Source: an uncultured Gammaproteobacteria bacterium
GTDB taxonomy: Bacteria > Patescibacteriota > Microgenomatia > Levybacterales > GWA1-39-11
Assembly (NCBI GenBank): GCA_964394645.1
Contig: CAYMYC010000003.1
Coordinates: 18,315 to 82,314 of the forward strand
Reading direction: 5' to 3'
DNA: 64,000 nucleotides
This document shows positions 30,688 through 40,043 of this stretch, piece by piece. The notes below the pieces were generated by a model. It was not told the origin of the DNA, did not search any database, and worked only from the letters and a program-made list of their open reading frames with translations. The position numbers and the translations under genes were made by a program. Position 1 is the first letter of the stretch; each line of letters starts with the position of its first letter.

Positions 30688-31407
30688 ATGGAAGATAAAT
30701 CTCAAATAAACACTAAGAAGCCAAATTTCTTCAAGGGTATAAACAGAGTTGCTAAAGCAATGGGAATAGAAAAGGTGGCGGAGGTGCAGGCGCAGACTGG
30801 CAATGGAGTAATTTCGCAAGAAGCACCTAAATTAGCAGACACTTCAATGTTGGGAACAGTTATTGCTCCCGAGCAAAAAGGAGTGATACAAGATGTTAGA
30901 GTCGTTACTGGAACTGGTGAATCTGATGAAACTCAGTCAATGCCTCCCGTAGTTTCTCCTCCTGAGGTACCTTCAGCAACGCCTCTTGTGTCACGTGCTG
31001 AAGTAGCTCCCGTAGTAGTTGGAGATACAAAAGAAGTGGAAAAACCTGAATTTAGAATTTCGCCGGAAATTTCTGGTCCTAGTGTAACTGAGCATCCTGT
31101 TCAGATGATGGAACATGATAGTGCTTCTGTGAATTCCATCGGTCACTCTCTTGAGGCGCTTGTGCTTGAGTCTGACCCTCTTAGCTACATAAAACCAGAC
31201 GGTTCTATAGACGATTTGGCACTGACACAAGCAGTAATTGAATATGCGCAAACCCCGGGGAATATGCACACAATACAAGAAAAATCTCCCGTTTCAGCTA
31301 CTCTTTTACAATCTTTAGAGAATAGAGGTTTATTGCAGAATGGTGAGGTTGTGGCTGCATGCCTTAAAGCTATTACTGACAGAGACAATACAAAAAAAAC
31401 TGCGTAA
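30688..31407 (+). CDS. Hypothetical protein, largely disordered
   Basis: Pro/Val/Glu-rich ORF. Confidence 0.55.
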   Translation: MEDKSQINTKKPNFFKGINRVAKAMGIEKVAEVQAQTGNGVISQEAPKLADTSMLGTVIAPEQKGVIQDVRVVTGTGESDETQSMPPVVSPPEVPSATPLVSRAEVAPVVVGDTKEVEKPEFRISPEISGPSVTEHPVQMMEHDSASVNSIGHSLEALVLESDPLSYIKPDGSIDDLALTQAVIEYAQTPGNMHTIQEKSPVSATLLQSLENRGLLQNGEVVAACLKAITDRDNTKKTA

Positions 31408-31459
31408 ATTTCGACTTTATATACTTGATACTTCCTGTTTGATTTAGCATACTAATTAT

Positions 31460-32338
31460 GTGTCAGATTTTAAGTTTATAGAAATTCCAAATGGAGGTCA
31501 GTGGGTGGTTAGTGCGCCTAAGCGCGCACGAAGACCTGAAAGTAAGAAAAAAACAGGATGTGTTTTTTGTCCAAAAGAAGATCCAAATGATATTGAAATT
31601 GAGAAATACAGAATAGGTGGAGAAAAAGGCGATCCCAATTGGAAAATACGAGTTATACAAAATAAATTTCCTTTTGCTCCAATTCATGATGTGGTAATTC
31701 TTACCCCAGAGCATGTAAAGCACATTTCAGATGTAAACGTGGAGCAGGTAAGGTTAGGAATAGAGGCATATGTGAATAGGTATAATACATATAAAAAAGA
31801 TGGAAATGTAACAATATTTGGGAATGCGGGTCGTGAATCTGGCGAGTCTATTGGGCACCCTCATGCCCAAATTGCAGTAACGCCCCTGGAAGTTGAATTA
31901 ACTGTTCCAAAACTTGAGAAAGAAGTATCTTATAGGGGTGAGCATTTTGTAGTGGGAGAGTTTGAGGTGATATGTCCGCCATATTCACAATGGCCAGATG
32001 AGATTTGGATTATCCCACAGGAGCGGGAAAGAACTTTTGGTGAGGTAACATACAAAGAAATTGAAAGCTTGTCATATGTTTGGCACAGGATAATTAAAAT
32101 ATTTGAGATGAGACATGGACACAAGTTCCCTCATAATTTTTACATTTATCCCTTTACGGATTGGTATGTACGGATTATTCCCCGTGTGAAAATTCCCGGT
32201 GGTTTTGAAGTGGCAACCGGGGTTTTTGTGAATACTCAGGATCCACATGAAACAATCAGTTTTATAAAAGAACATTTTGCTGAGGCTGAAGAGGGAAACA
32301 TTAAGAAACACAGAGCAAAATATAGACGGGGAGTATGA
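31460..32338 (+). CDS. GalT-like HIT-superfamily nucleotidyltransferase
   Basis: 'RARRP', 'CVFCP', 'NKFP', 'GESIGHPHAQ', 'GGFEVATG'. Confidence 0.85.
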   Translation: MSDFKFIEIPNGGQWVVSAPKRARRPESKKKTGCVFCPKEDPNDIEIEKYRIGGEKGDPNWKIRVIQNKFPFAPIHDVVILTPEHVKHISDVNVEQVRLGIEAYVNRYNTYKKDGNVTIFGNAGRESGESIGHPHAQIAVTPLEVELTVPKLEKEVSYRGEHFVVGEFEVICPPYSQWPDEIWIIPQERERTFGEVTYKEIESLSYVWHRIIKIFEMRHGHKFPHNFYIYPFTDWYVRIIPRVKIPGGFEVATGVFVNTQDPHETISFIKEHFAEAEEGNIKKHRAKYRRGV

Positions 32339-32413
32339 TTCTTTGCATTAAGATTTGCATGAGAGGGGTTTATATTATTTTAATGTCCAATCTGGTATAA
32401 TTATTTTTTCCTA

Positions 32414-33196
32414 ATGAATAAACGCTTAGTTATTATATCTGATTACGGAATAGGAGATCCCGCCTTTGTTGAGGTTTCTGTGCGTCTTAACTCATACTCA
32501 CCAGACCTCACAATACTTCCTATAGCGACCCCTGCGTTTTCAACTATTAACACTGGTTTTTGGATTTCACAAATAGCCTTAGCTCAAAATCTGCGTGATA
32601 CATACATCTTCTCAAATACCGCTCCTAGAAAAGAAGACAAGAGGGCACAGAAAAATAATAGGGGTGAAAAATTAATGTACGCAAAGCTTAAGAATGGCTT
32701 TGAAATTATAGCGGTAAATTCAGGATTTTGTTTTGCATTTGTTCGGGATTATATACAAGAATTTAGAGAGGTTAAGGTTTCAAATGAAGGTTCACAGTTC
32801 AGATCCAGGGATAATTATCCGCAAAAAGTATCAGAAATGATTGCGGGCGAATATGAGAAGTTTTTAGGGGACGAATTTCCTGCAGATTTAATTCCTGATA
32901 TACCAAAGAAAAAAATCGCGTCGATTGATGGGTATGGAAATATAAAAACTACCATGCGTCTTTCAGAGATCACCTATAAGCCTGGACAGAAATTATTAAT
33001 GAAATTAAACACAACCTCACACTTGGTAACCTTTTCTGATGGGGTATTTAATATTGCGGAAGGGGAGACAGCATTTGCTCCGGGTTCATCAGGTTACAAC
33101 GACCGTTTTATGGAGATATTTGTTCGTGGAGGAAGCGCATTTGCACAGTTTGGTAAGCCTCATGTAGAACAGGAATTTGAAATTGTTGAAAAATAA
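32414..33196 (+). CDS. SAM hydroxide adenosyltransferase / chlorinase-fluorinase (DUF62) family protein
   Basis: 'ISDYG..DP', 'QFRSRD', 'IDGYGNIKT', 'GSSG...MEIFVRGGSA'. Confidence 0.8.
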   Translation: MNKRLVIISDYGIGDPAFVEVSVRLNSYSPDLTILPIATPAFSTINTGFWISQIALAQNLRDTYIFSNTAPRKEDKRAQKNNRGEKLMYAKLKNGFEIIAVNSGFCFAFVRDYIQEFREVKVSNEGSQFRSRDNYPQKVSEMIAGEYEKFLGDEFPADLIPDIPKKKIASIDGYGNIKTTMRLSEITYKPGQKLLMKLNTTSHLVTFSDGVFNIAEGETAFAPGSSGYNDRFMEIFVRGGSAFAQFGKPHVEQEFEIVEK

Positions 33197-33241
33197 AAAC
33201 TTCCTGGGTAGACACTAGAGCATTTTACTAAAAACCCCGCT

Positions 33242-34114
33242 TTAAGGAGCTATTGTAGTAGTTGGAAGAACTATCTGAGGAATAGTTTGGCTGTTCATTT
33301 GCGGTCTAGTCTTTAAAAATCCTGATCCTGAAGCATTCTGACTTTTAGGCGTTGCAACTAAAAGTCCCTGAAGGATTTGGCGTGCATCCAAGAGCGCAGC
33401 TTTTATATCCTGAATTGCAGTTTGAAGATTTGTTTTTGCGTTTTGAAGAATTATTTTATTGTTAGGATAGCCATCAGGAGTGAGTGGTGTAATATTTGTT
33501 ACAATTGTAGTTGCTTGACTGTTAGCATCTGCAATTTTTGAGTTCATATCCGTAAGTAATATTTTAAGTGAAGCAGTGTTTGTGCCATTTGTCTGAGCTG
33601 TGTCTATTCTTTCAGATAATCTGGCTGAAAGGGAAGAGAGCTTTGTTGTAGTCTCAAGTACGCTATTTGCGCCAACAAGAAGACGTATTTGTGGAATATA
33701 TACCGCATAAACTCGATATGAGGACACAATAGACCGTACATCAGTTTTAAGAGTTGCAGTATCCGTATCTGATCGAATCTTAGAAGATAAGGTATTTAGG
33801 CTTTTGATTTCAGATTGAATAGAAGTAGTGAATTTTTCTTTTTGTGTTGGAGTTAAATGTTTTAAGGTATTTATTTTTGTTAAAAGCTCGGTTAATGAGG
33901 TAATTCGTTTTTGGATTTCTGAGAGGGCACGCTGTTGAAGAGTTTCTTGTAGATTCTGCTTAATTGCAGCGCTATTGCTTCCAACTCTATTGGCTGTTGG
34001 GTACTTTATTTGACTTGGGTTAGGGGTTACGCTTTGGGCATGTGTTATTCGCACTCCTGCAAAAAGAAGTATAAAGACAATAATTGGTACAAAAGATATA
34101 TGTTTATATTTCAT
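33242..34114 (-). CDS. Secreted coiled-coil protein
   Basis: Signal peptide ending THA; helical heptads. Confidence 0.7.
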   Translation of the reverse strand: MKYKHISFVPIIVFILLFAGVRITHAQSVTPNPSQIKYPTANRVGSNSAAIKQNLQETLQQRALSEIQKRITSLTELLTKINTLKHLTPTQKEKFTTSIQSEIKSLNTLSSKIRSDTDTATLKTDVRSIVSSYRVYAVYIPQIRLLVGANSVLETTTKLSSLSARLSERIDTAQTNGTNTASLKILLTDMNSKIADANSQATTIVTNITPLTPDGYPNNKIILQNAKTNLQTAIQDIKAALLDARQILQGLLVATPKSQNASGSGFLKTRPQMNSQTIPQIVLPTTTIAP

Positions 34115-34554
34115 TATTCAAGATTGGGTGATTGCTCAGTAAGTGAATTATTTATTTGATTTAATTGCGATTCAAGTTGTGTTGCTTCTTGTGTTACTTC
34201 CTGGTTTGCTTGTTCAAGAGCTGCATCGCCTGATGCTGGCGTTGGAGATGGAATTACAGTAGGGGTTGCGGTAGTATTTTCAATTTTTTCGAGCTTTCCT
34301 CCTTGTTGCCGAAGCATCACGAAGTAAGTAATTCCTAGTATAACTACAAGGAATACAAGACCTATCAGAACAAACAGAAGCATTTTTGATGATTTGTGTG
34401 GTGTTTGTGTATTGTCTGTTGTAGGAGTTTGCGGCTGAGGAGTAGGACCATTTGCTGCTGGTGGTGTTTGTTGTGGTTCTGGAGTATTAGAAGCTATGCC
34501 AGGCGTTGCGTTTTCTACAGGAGCAGTAGTAGTATTCTGGGCAGAATTTTCCAT
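34114..34554 (-). CDS. Single-TM Pro/Thr-rich protein
   Basis: Disordered N-terminus, TM, PT linker. Confidence 0.65.
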   Translation of the reverse strand: MENSAQNTTTAPVENATPGIASNTPEPQQTPPAANGPTPQPQTPTTDNTQTPHKSSKMLLFVLIGLVFLVVILGITYFVMLRQQGGKLEKIENTTATPTVIPSPTPASGDAALEQANQEVTQEATQLESQLNQINNSLTEQSPNLE

Positions 34555-34591
34555 ATAGTTTAGAGTACCTATTTATGGAGAAATTGTCAAG

Positions 34592-35035
34592 TTATTTTGT
34601 GTTTCCTGAGTGAAGTATGCTCTTTCTGTAATAATTGATATTTACAGCTTTATTTGCAAGAATTCCAGTCATGAGTTGTAGCGTTTCCTGTCGTGTGAAT
34701 TTCCATGAGTTTGAGTTTGGTATGTATTCACCTATGCCCAATGCGGATCGGATTTTTCTGATTTTTTCTTGGTTTTGAGACATAACAAGTTGACCCAAGT
34801 TAGTAAGTGTTGTGTTTATATATTCATTTTTCCAGTCTAGTTGTTTCCATATCATCTCACCCATGGAGCTTGATGCGAATGTTGAAAAGTCATTTGTTGC
34901 CATTTTCCAAACACTTTTTAAGTGTTCTCTATTTTTTACGTTATTTTTTGCGATTTGTTGCCCGTCATGAGGAAAAGGGATATTTTTTATATTAATAAAA
35001 GGGGGCAGTTGTGATATACGCTCAACTGAAGGCAT
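34592..35035 (-). CDS. Hypothetical protein
   Basis: 147-aa ORF after rplA. Confidence 0.5.
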   Translation of the reverse strand: MPSVERISQLPPFINIKNIPFPHDGQQIAKNNVKNREHLKSVWKMATNDFSTFASSSMGEMIWKQLDWKNEYINTTLTNLGQLVMSQNQEKIRKIRSALGIGEYIPNSNSWKFTRQETLQLMTGILANKAVNINYYRKSILHSGNTK

Positions 35036-35045
35036 AATATGGATT

Positions 35046-35885
35046 TTACAGTGAAATTTTTATTGCAGGTGACATTGTAGATTTGAGGGTTACAGAATTG
35101 ATCTTACTGTTGCCTATGGTAGATAATACAGTTGTAACATTATCCGCTATCTTCTTGTCATCAAAAGATAATTTACCTACTGAAAGATGTATGATAGGAG
35201 CAGTTGACTCTGTTTTATATCCGATTTGTCCTGCGGAGAGTTTTTCAGCCGCCTTTTCAGGTTCTGTGCTAATGGTTCCGTTCTTAGGATTTGGCATAAG
35301 CCCACGTGGTCCAAGTATTTTTGCAACCTTAGCCAATTTAGGCATTACAGAGGGGTGAGCTACTAGGATATCAAAGCTGATTTTCCCTTTCTCTATTTCT
35401 GCAATTAGTAGGTCATCCGCAATTTTTATATTTAGTTTTTTACCTGTTCCATGAGGAAGTACGACTGTTCCTGAAATTCCCTTTTCCCGTGTATTGATGT
35501 GAAGCTCTACGGTTTCATCAAAGGACGAAGGTTTAAACTTTCTCAACTTTTCAATAGATTTGGTTATGTTTAAAGGGGTAGTATCAGTTATTTTTTTATT
35601 TTCTGTGTGGCGTTTTGAAATAATTCGGGCTTTCTTTTCAGCCTTTTCTTTTTTGTTTTCTTTTTGGGATGTTTGATCGTCAGCTGGTGAGACATCTAAT
35701 TGAGCGGCAATTTCTTCTTCTGAAACACCAACAGTAGTAGTTCTTTCTCCGCCTTTCATCCCTGAAACATGAGTACTTTTCTTTCCTTCGCGTAGATCTT
35801 TTTGCTCACGTTTAGCCTTATTTTTTTCTATCTCTTGCTGCTCTTGTTGTTCGTCTCCTATGACTTTGATTTTTACTTTACCCAT
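35046..35885 (-). CDS. rplA: 50S ribosomal protein L1 (N-terminal extension, internal deletions)
   Basis: FDETVELH, GTVVLPHGTG, LGPRGLMPNPKNGT, STMSP. Confidence 0.95.
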   Translation of the reverse strand: MGKVKIKVIGDEQQEQQEIEKNKAKREQKDLREGKKSTHVSGMKGGERTTTVGVSEEEIAAQLDVSPADDQTSQKENKKEKAEKKARIISKRHTENKKITDTTPLNITKSIEKLRKFKPSSFDETVELHINTREKGISGTVVLPHGTGKKLNIKIADDLLIAEIEKGKISFDILVAHPSVMPKLAKVAKILGPRGLMPNPKNGTISTEPEKAAEKLSAGQIGYKTESTAPIIHLSVGKLSFDDKKIADNVTTVLSTIGNSKINSVTLKSTMSPAIKISL

Positions 35886-35886
35886 A

Positions 35887-36321
35887 TTAATTTGTCTCAG
35901 CTTCGGTGTCTATTCCCATGCTGCGTGCAACACCTTTAACAATTCGTGCTGCCATTTTAACGTCTTTCGTATTTAAATCATCCATTTTAATGGTAGCTAT
36001 TTCTTCAGCTTGAGCTTGAGACAGTTTTCCTGCAGATTCTTTAGAGGGCTTTCCAGATCCCTTTTGGATTTTAAGTGTTTTTTTAATAAGTTCTGCAACC
36101 GGTGGTTTTTTAACAATAAATGAGAAGGTACGGTCTTCGTATACGGTGATAACACAAGGAAGAACAGTTCCTTTTTGATCTCCTGTTTTGTCATTAAACG
36201 CTTTCACAAACTCCATAATAGGAAGACCATGTGGACCCAAGGCTGTTCCAATTGGAGGTGCGGGAGTAGCCTCGCCACCTTTAACGTTTATCTTTATAAA
36301 TGTTTTAATTTTTTTAGCCAT
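35887..36321 (-). CDS. rplK: 50S ribosomal protein L11
   Basis: GEATPAPPIGTALG, ITVYEDRTFSF, ARSMGI. Confidence 0.98.
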   Translation of the reverse strand: MAKKIKTFIKINVKGGEATPAPPIGTALGPHGLPIMEFVKAFNDKTGDQKGTVLPCVITVYEDRTFSFIVKKPPVAELIKKTLKIQKGSGKPSKESAGKLSQAQAEEIATIKMDDLNTKDVKMAARIVKGVARSMGIDTEAETN

Positions 36322-36485
36322 AATTTTGTTATTAAATTTAAAAAATATTCAGAGACTTATGTACTCATAAAAGGTATGCATTATTTGGGTCAAGTTTCTT
36401 TAATTTTTCTTTCAATCTATGTATTCTAGATTGTGTCTCTGAGCTAGCAATCAAATCTTTTGCCTCTTCTTTATTGCGTCCCATA

Positions 36486-37022
36486 TTATAGTTTCTCCAC
36501 CTGTAAGAAATCAAATTCAACGGGTGTTTCGCGTCCAAAAATGTTCATTAAGACCTTCATGCGTCCTCGAGCCTCATCAATACTCTCAACTGTTCCTAAT
36601 TGGTCTGAGAATGGTCCATCTACTACTTTTACGGCTTGTCCGACAGAAAATGCGGATTTAAAGACTGGGTCTTTCATTTCTACAAATTTAACAATTGCCT
36701 CAACTTCATCATCTCGTACTGGAGTAGGTTTATTTTGTGCTCCCACAAATGAAGTAACTCCTGCGGTCGTGCGCACTAAAAGCCATGATTCGTCATCCAG
36801 AACCATTTTTACCATGATGTATCCGGGGAAAATTTTCTCCTTAACGTTTTCTTTCTTTCCTCCGCGTACTTTGATGGTTTCGCGGGTTGGAACGAGTACT
36901 TCAAGGATTCTTCCCTCAAATCCCATGCTCTGCACGCGTTGCATAAGTGTTTTTGCGACCTTATTTTCGTGTCCAGAATAGGTGTGGACTATGTACCAGT
37001 GTGCTTTTTTTCCTTCTTCCAT
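36486..37022 (-). CDS. nusG: Transcription termination/antitermination factor NusG
   Basis: WYIVHTYSGHE, FPGY, KOW motif, IFGRETPVE. Confidence 0.98.
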   Translation of the reverse strand: MEEGKKAHWYIVHTYSGHENKVAKTLMQRVQSMGFEGRILEVLVPTRETIKVRGGKKENVKEKIFPGYIMVKMVLDDESWLLVRTTAGVTSFVGAQNKPTPVRDDEVEAIVKFVEMKDPVFKSAFSVGQAVKVVDGPFSDQLGTVESIDEARGRMKVLMNIFGRETPVEFDFLQVEKL

Positions 37023-37038
37023 ATTTATATCTAACTTA

Positions 37039-37212
37039 TTATTGAATTATTAATTTTAACAGTTCAGCAAACAAAAAGTCTGCGATTCCTAAATATACGC
37101 CCACAAATATGCTTATTGCAATAACTACTGCAGTCAGCCGCATAATCTCAGTTCTGCTAGGCCATGCAACCTGTATAAGTTCAGCCTGTACTTGTTTTAA
37201 GAACGTGAGCAT
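37039..37212 (-). CDS. secE: Preprotein translocase subunit SecE
   Basis: 'FLKQVQAEL.QVAWPSR' + TM; upstream of nusG. Confidence 0.93.
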   Translation of the reverse strand: MLTFLKQVQAELIQVAWPSRTEIMRLTAVVIAISIFVGVYLGIADFLFAELLKLIIQ

Positions 37213-37377
37213 ATAAAACTCAAATCTCAAATCGGAAATTTATCTAACTTGGATAGTACAATCTGAGGTTGAGAACTTAATTTTATCATACATTACTTAG
37301 CCTTGTAAAGTGTGTATTGTGATATGCCTTATTTGATGTTTGACAAATTTTCTGTAAAAATCTACAATTGCATAACA

Positions 37378-38271
37378 ATGTCAAAAATAAGAAAAGCAGT
37401 TATCCCCGCGGCTGGCTTCGGAACACGCTTCCTTCCACAGACGAAAGCAATGCCTAAAGAAATGTTACCCATAGTAGATAAGCCTATTATTCAGTATATT
37501 GTTGAAGAGTTGGTGAATGCGGGTATTACGGATATAATCCTGGTAACAGGTTATCACAAGCGCACAATAGAAGATCATTTTGATGCCGCAAATCTGGATC
37601 TTATTGAAAATTTACGGATGGGGGGAGAGAAAAAACGTCCACTTTTAGAGGAGATTGAAAAAATTTCTAGTATGGCAAATTTTATTTATGTTCGGCAAAA
37701 AGGTCCGTATGGAAATGGAACACCACTTATGAACGTGCGCCACATTGTGGGAAATGAACCATTTATCTATGCGTTTTCAGATGATTTTATTCATGCGGCT
37801 CCTAAATCCCGTTTTCAACAATTGGTAGAGTTATATGATGAATTTGAGTGTTCAATTCTTTCCTCAATTAGAGCAGAAAAGGAAGTAGACTATGACAGAT
37901 ATGGTTTTGCGGGTGGAGATGAGATTCGACCTGGGATAATTTCTGCAAAGGTCATTATTGAAAAACCAGGAATGGAAGCAGCTCCTTCAGACCTGGCGAA
38001 TGTTAGCTCTACCGTGCTGTCACCTGAAATTTTTAATTATTTAGATCGTGCATCGGAAAATTTAAAGGATGGAGATGAGTTATATTATAATGATGCACTC
38101 AAGCTTATGATTGAGGATGGTAGAAAAGTAATAGCAGCTGAAATTGCGGGTGGAAAATATTATGATACAGGAAACAAGCTAGAATATATGAAAACAGTTG
38201 TCGAATTTGCGCTTGAACACCCTGAAATAAACGGCAAATTCCGCGAGTTTTTAAAGGGTCTGGATCTCTAA
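37378..38271 (+). CDS. galU: UTP--glucose-1-phosphate uridylyltransferase
   Basis: KAVIPAAGFGTRFLPQTKAMPKEMLPIVDKP. Confidence 0.92.
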   Translation: MSKIRKAVIPAAGFGTRFLPQTKAMPKEMLPIVDKPIIQYIVEELVNAGITDIILVTGYHKRTIEDHFDAANLDLIENLRMGGEKKRPLLEEIEKISSMANFIYVRQKGPYGNGTPLMNVRHIVGNEPFIYAFSDDFIHAAPKSRFQQLVELYDEFECSILSSIRAEKEVDYDRYGFAGGDEIRPGIISAKVIIEKPGMEAAPSDLANVSSTVLSPEIFNYLDRASENLKDGDELYYNDALKLMIEDGRKVIAAEIAGGKYYDTGNKLEYMKTVVEFALEHPEINGKFREFLKGLDL

Positions 38272-38341
38272 AAGCCTTAAGAGTCTTCTTCGTGGGCTCA
38301 TTTGTATTACCTTCTGAATTTCCGTGCTGTATAATAAGTTT

Positions 38342-40039
38342 ATGAATGCAAAACAAGATATCCTGCGTGTTCTGTCAGATGTAATCGCTCAATTGCATGG
38401 AAAGACAGATGTGCAACTTGATATATCTGAAAACTATACAAATGGTGACTACTCAGCAAGTATTGCCTTAAAACTTTCAAAAAAACTTGGAAAATCCCCA
38501 CGGGAAGTTGCAGAGAATATTAAGCAAAAAATAGGAGAACTGAAGATTTCCGACCTTGAAAAAGTTGAAGTGGCTGGTCCTGGTTTTCTTAATTTTTACC
38601 TTTCAAAAGAATACTTGATTACAAATTTAAACTTGATGAGGGAACAAAAAGATAAATTTGGAGAATCAGCTAAACTTCAAAAAGCTAAAATAATGGTTGA
38701 GTTTACTGATCCGAATCCGCTTAAAGAATTTCATATAGGGCACTTATATAGTAATGCTGTGGGGGAGAGTATATCCCGTCTTTTAGAGTCTCAGGGCGCG
38801 GTGGTTATGCGAGCTTGTTATCAGGGAGATGTTGGAATGCATGTGGCAAAAGCTCTTTTTGGCATTATGAGTCTAGGGCTTCAGGTAGATGAAATGCAGG
38901 ATAAGCCACTTCTTGTGAGAGCAAAATTTTTAGGGGAAGCGTACGCTCTAGGAGCTAAAGAATATGAGGAAAATGATGAGGCAAAAGAAGATATTAAGGA
39001 ATTAAATAAAAAAATATACAGTCATGATTCGGAAATATATCCATTATATGAGTTGGCAAAGGAGTGGAGTCTTTTGTATTTTGAAAAGATGTATGAGAGG
39101 TTAGGCACAAAGTATGAAAAATATTATTTTGAATCAAAAGTAGGGGAGGAGGGAGTAAGAATAGTCAAAGAAAATCTAGGTACTGTTTTTGAAGAAGATA
39201 ATGGAGCAATAATCTTTCCAAAAGAGAAATCAGGTCTTCATACTCGTGTTTTTATAAATTCACAAGGTCTGCCTACATATGAGGCAAAAGAATTAGGATT
39301 GGCTCCCGTAAAATATAAGGATTTTCCCTATGATAAGTCAATTATCATAACAGGAAATGAAATCAATGAATACTTCAAGGTGCTTCTCAAAGCGCTTTCA
39401 CTGATAAGACCGGATCTTGCTGAAAAAACTGTACACATATCTCATGGTATGGTGAGGCTTCCTAGCGGGAAGATGTCCAGTCGGACTGGTGATGTTATAA
39501 CATGCGAATGGTTGCTTGATGAGACAAAGCAGAAATTAAAAAGTGCGCATCCGGAAATGGAGGAAAATGTTTCAGAAAAGCTTACCATAGGAGCAGTAAA
39601 GTACGCTCTTTTAAAAGTTGGTGTAGGATCTGATATTACTTTTTCTTTTGAAGAATCAATTAATCTTCATGGAAACTCTGGTCCATATATCCAATATACA
39701 TATGCCAGAACACAAAATGTTTTAAATAAATTTGAAAAAAAAGAATATAAGGTTGTCACACCAAATACGCTTATGACTGAAGAAAAAGAAGTACTGGGGA
39801 AGTTAATACATTTTCCAGAAGTTATAGAAAAAGCAGCTGAATCTTTTTCTCCGAGCATGCTCTGTGCATATTTGTATGACTTATCTCAAATATTTAATGC
39901 GTTCTATGAAAAACACAGAGTGTATCAGGAGGAAGATGTCATTATTCAAAATTTCAGGCGTGCGCTTACAGAGGTAACAGGATATACACTAGAAAATGGT
40001 CTACGATTATTAGGTGTTACTGCTCCGCAAAAGATTTAA
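38342..40039 (+). CDS. argS: Arginine--tRNA ligase
   Basis: HIGH, KMSSRTG, GPYIQYTYAR, DALR-type C-terminus. Confidence 0.96.
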   Translation: MNAKQDILRVLSDVIAQLHGKTDVQLDISENYTNGDYSASIALKLSKKLGKSPREVAENIKQKIGELKISDLEKVEVAGPGFLNFYLSKEYLITNLNLMREQKDKFGESAKLQKAKIMVEFTDPNPLKEFHIGHLYSNAVGESISRLLESQGAVVMRACYQGDVGMHVAKALFGIMSLGLQVDEMQDKPLLVRAKFLGEAYALGAKEYEENDEAKEDIKELNKKIYSHDSEIYPLYELAKEWSLLYFEKMYERLGTKYEKYYFESKVGEEGVRIVKENLGTVFEEDNGAIIFPKEKSGLHTRVFINSQGLPTYEAKELGLAPVKYKDFPYDKSIIITGNEINEYFKVLLKALSLIRPDLAEKTVHISHGMVRLPSGKMSSRTGDVITCEWLLDETKQKLKSAHPEMEENVSEKLTIGAVKYALLKVGVGSDITFSFEESINLHGNSGPYIQYTYARTQNVLNKFEKKEYKVVTPNTLMTEEKEVLGKLIHFPEVIEKAAESFSPSMLCAYLYDLSQIFNAFYEKHRVYQEEDVIIQNFRRALTEVTGYTLENGLRLLGVTAPQKI

Positions 40040-40043
40040 AAGA

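Noticed and set aside
32414-33196. Halogenase (fluorinase/chlorinase) pathway
   Set aside because: The family assignment fits the common SAM hydrolase (DUF62); no supporting biosynthetic genes nearby.
36460-36981. 173-aa plus-strand ORF
   Set aside because: Antisense shadow of nusG. The other short ORFs nested in long genes were rejected for the same reason.
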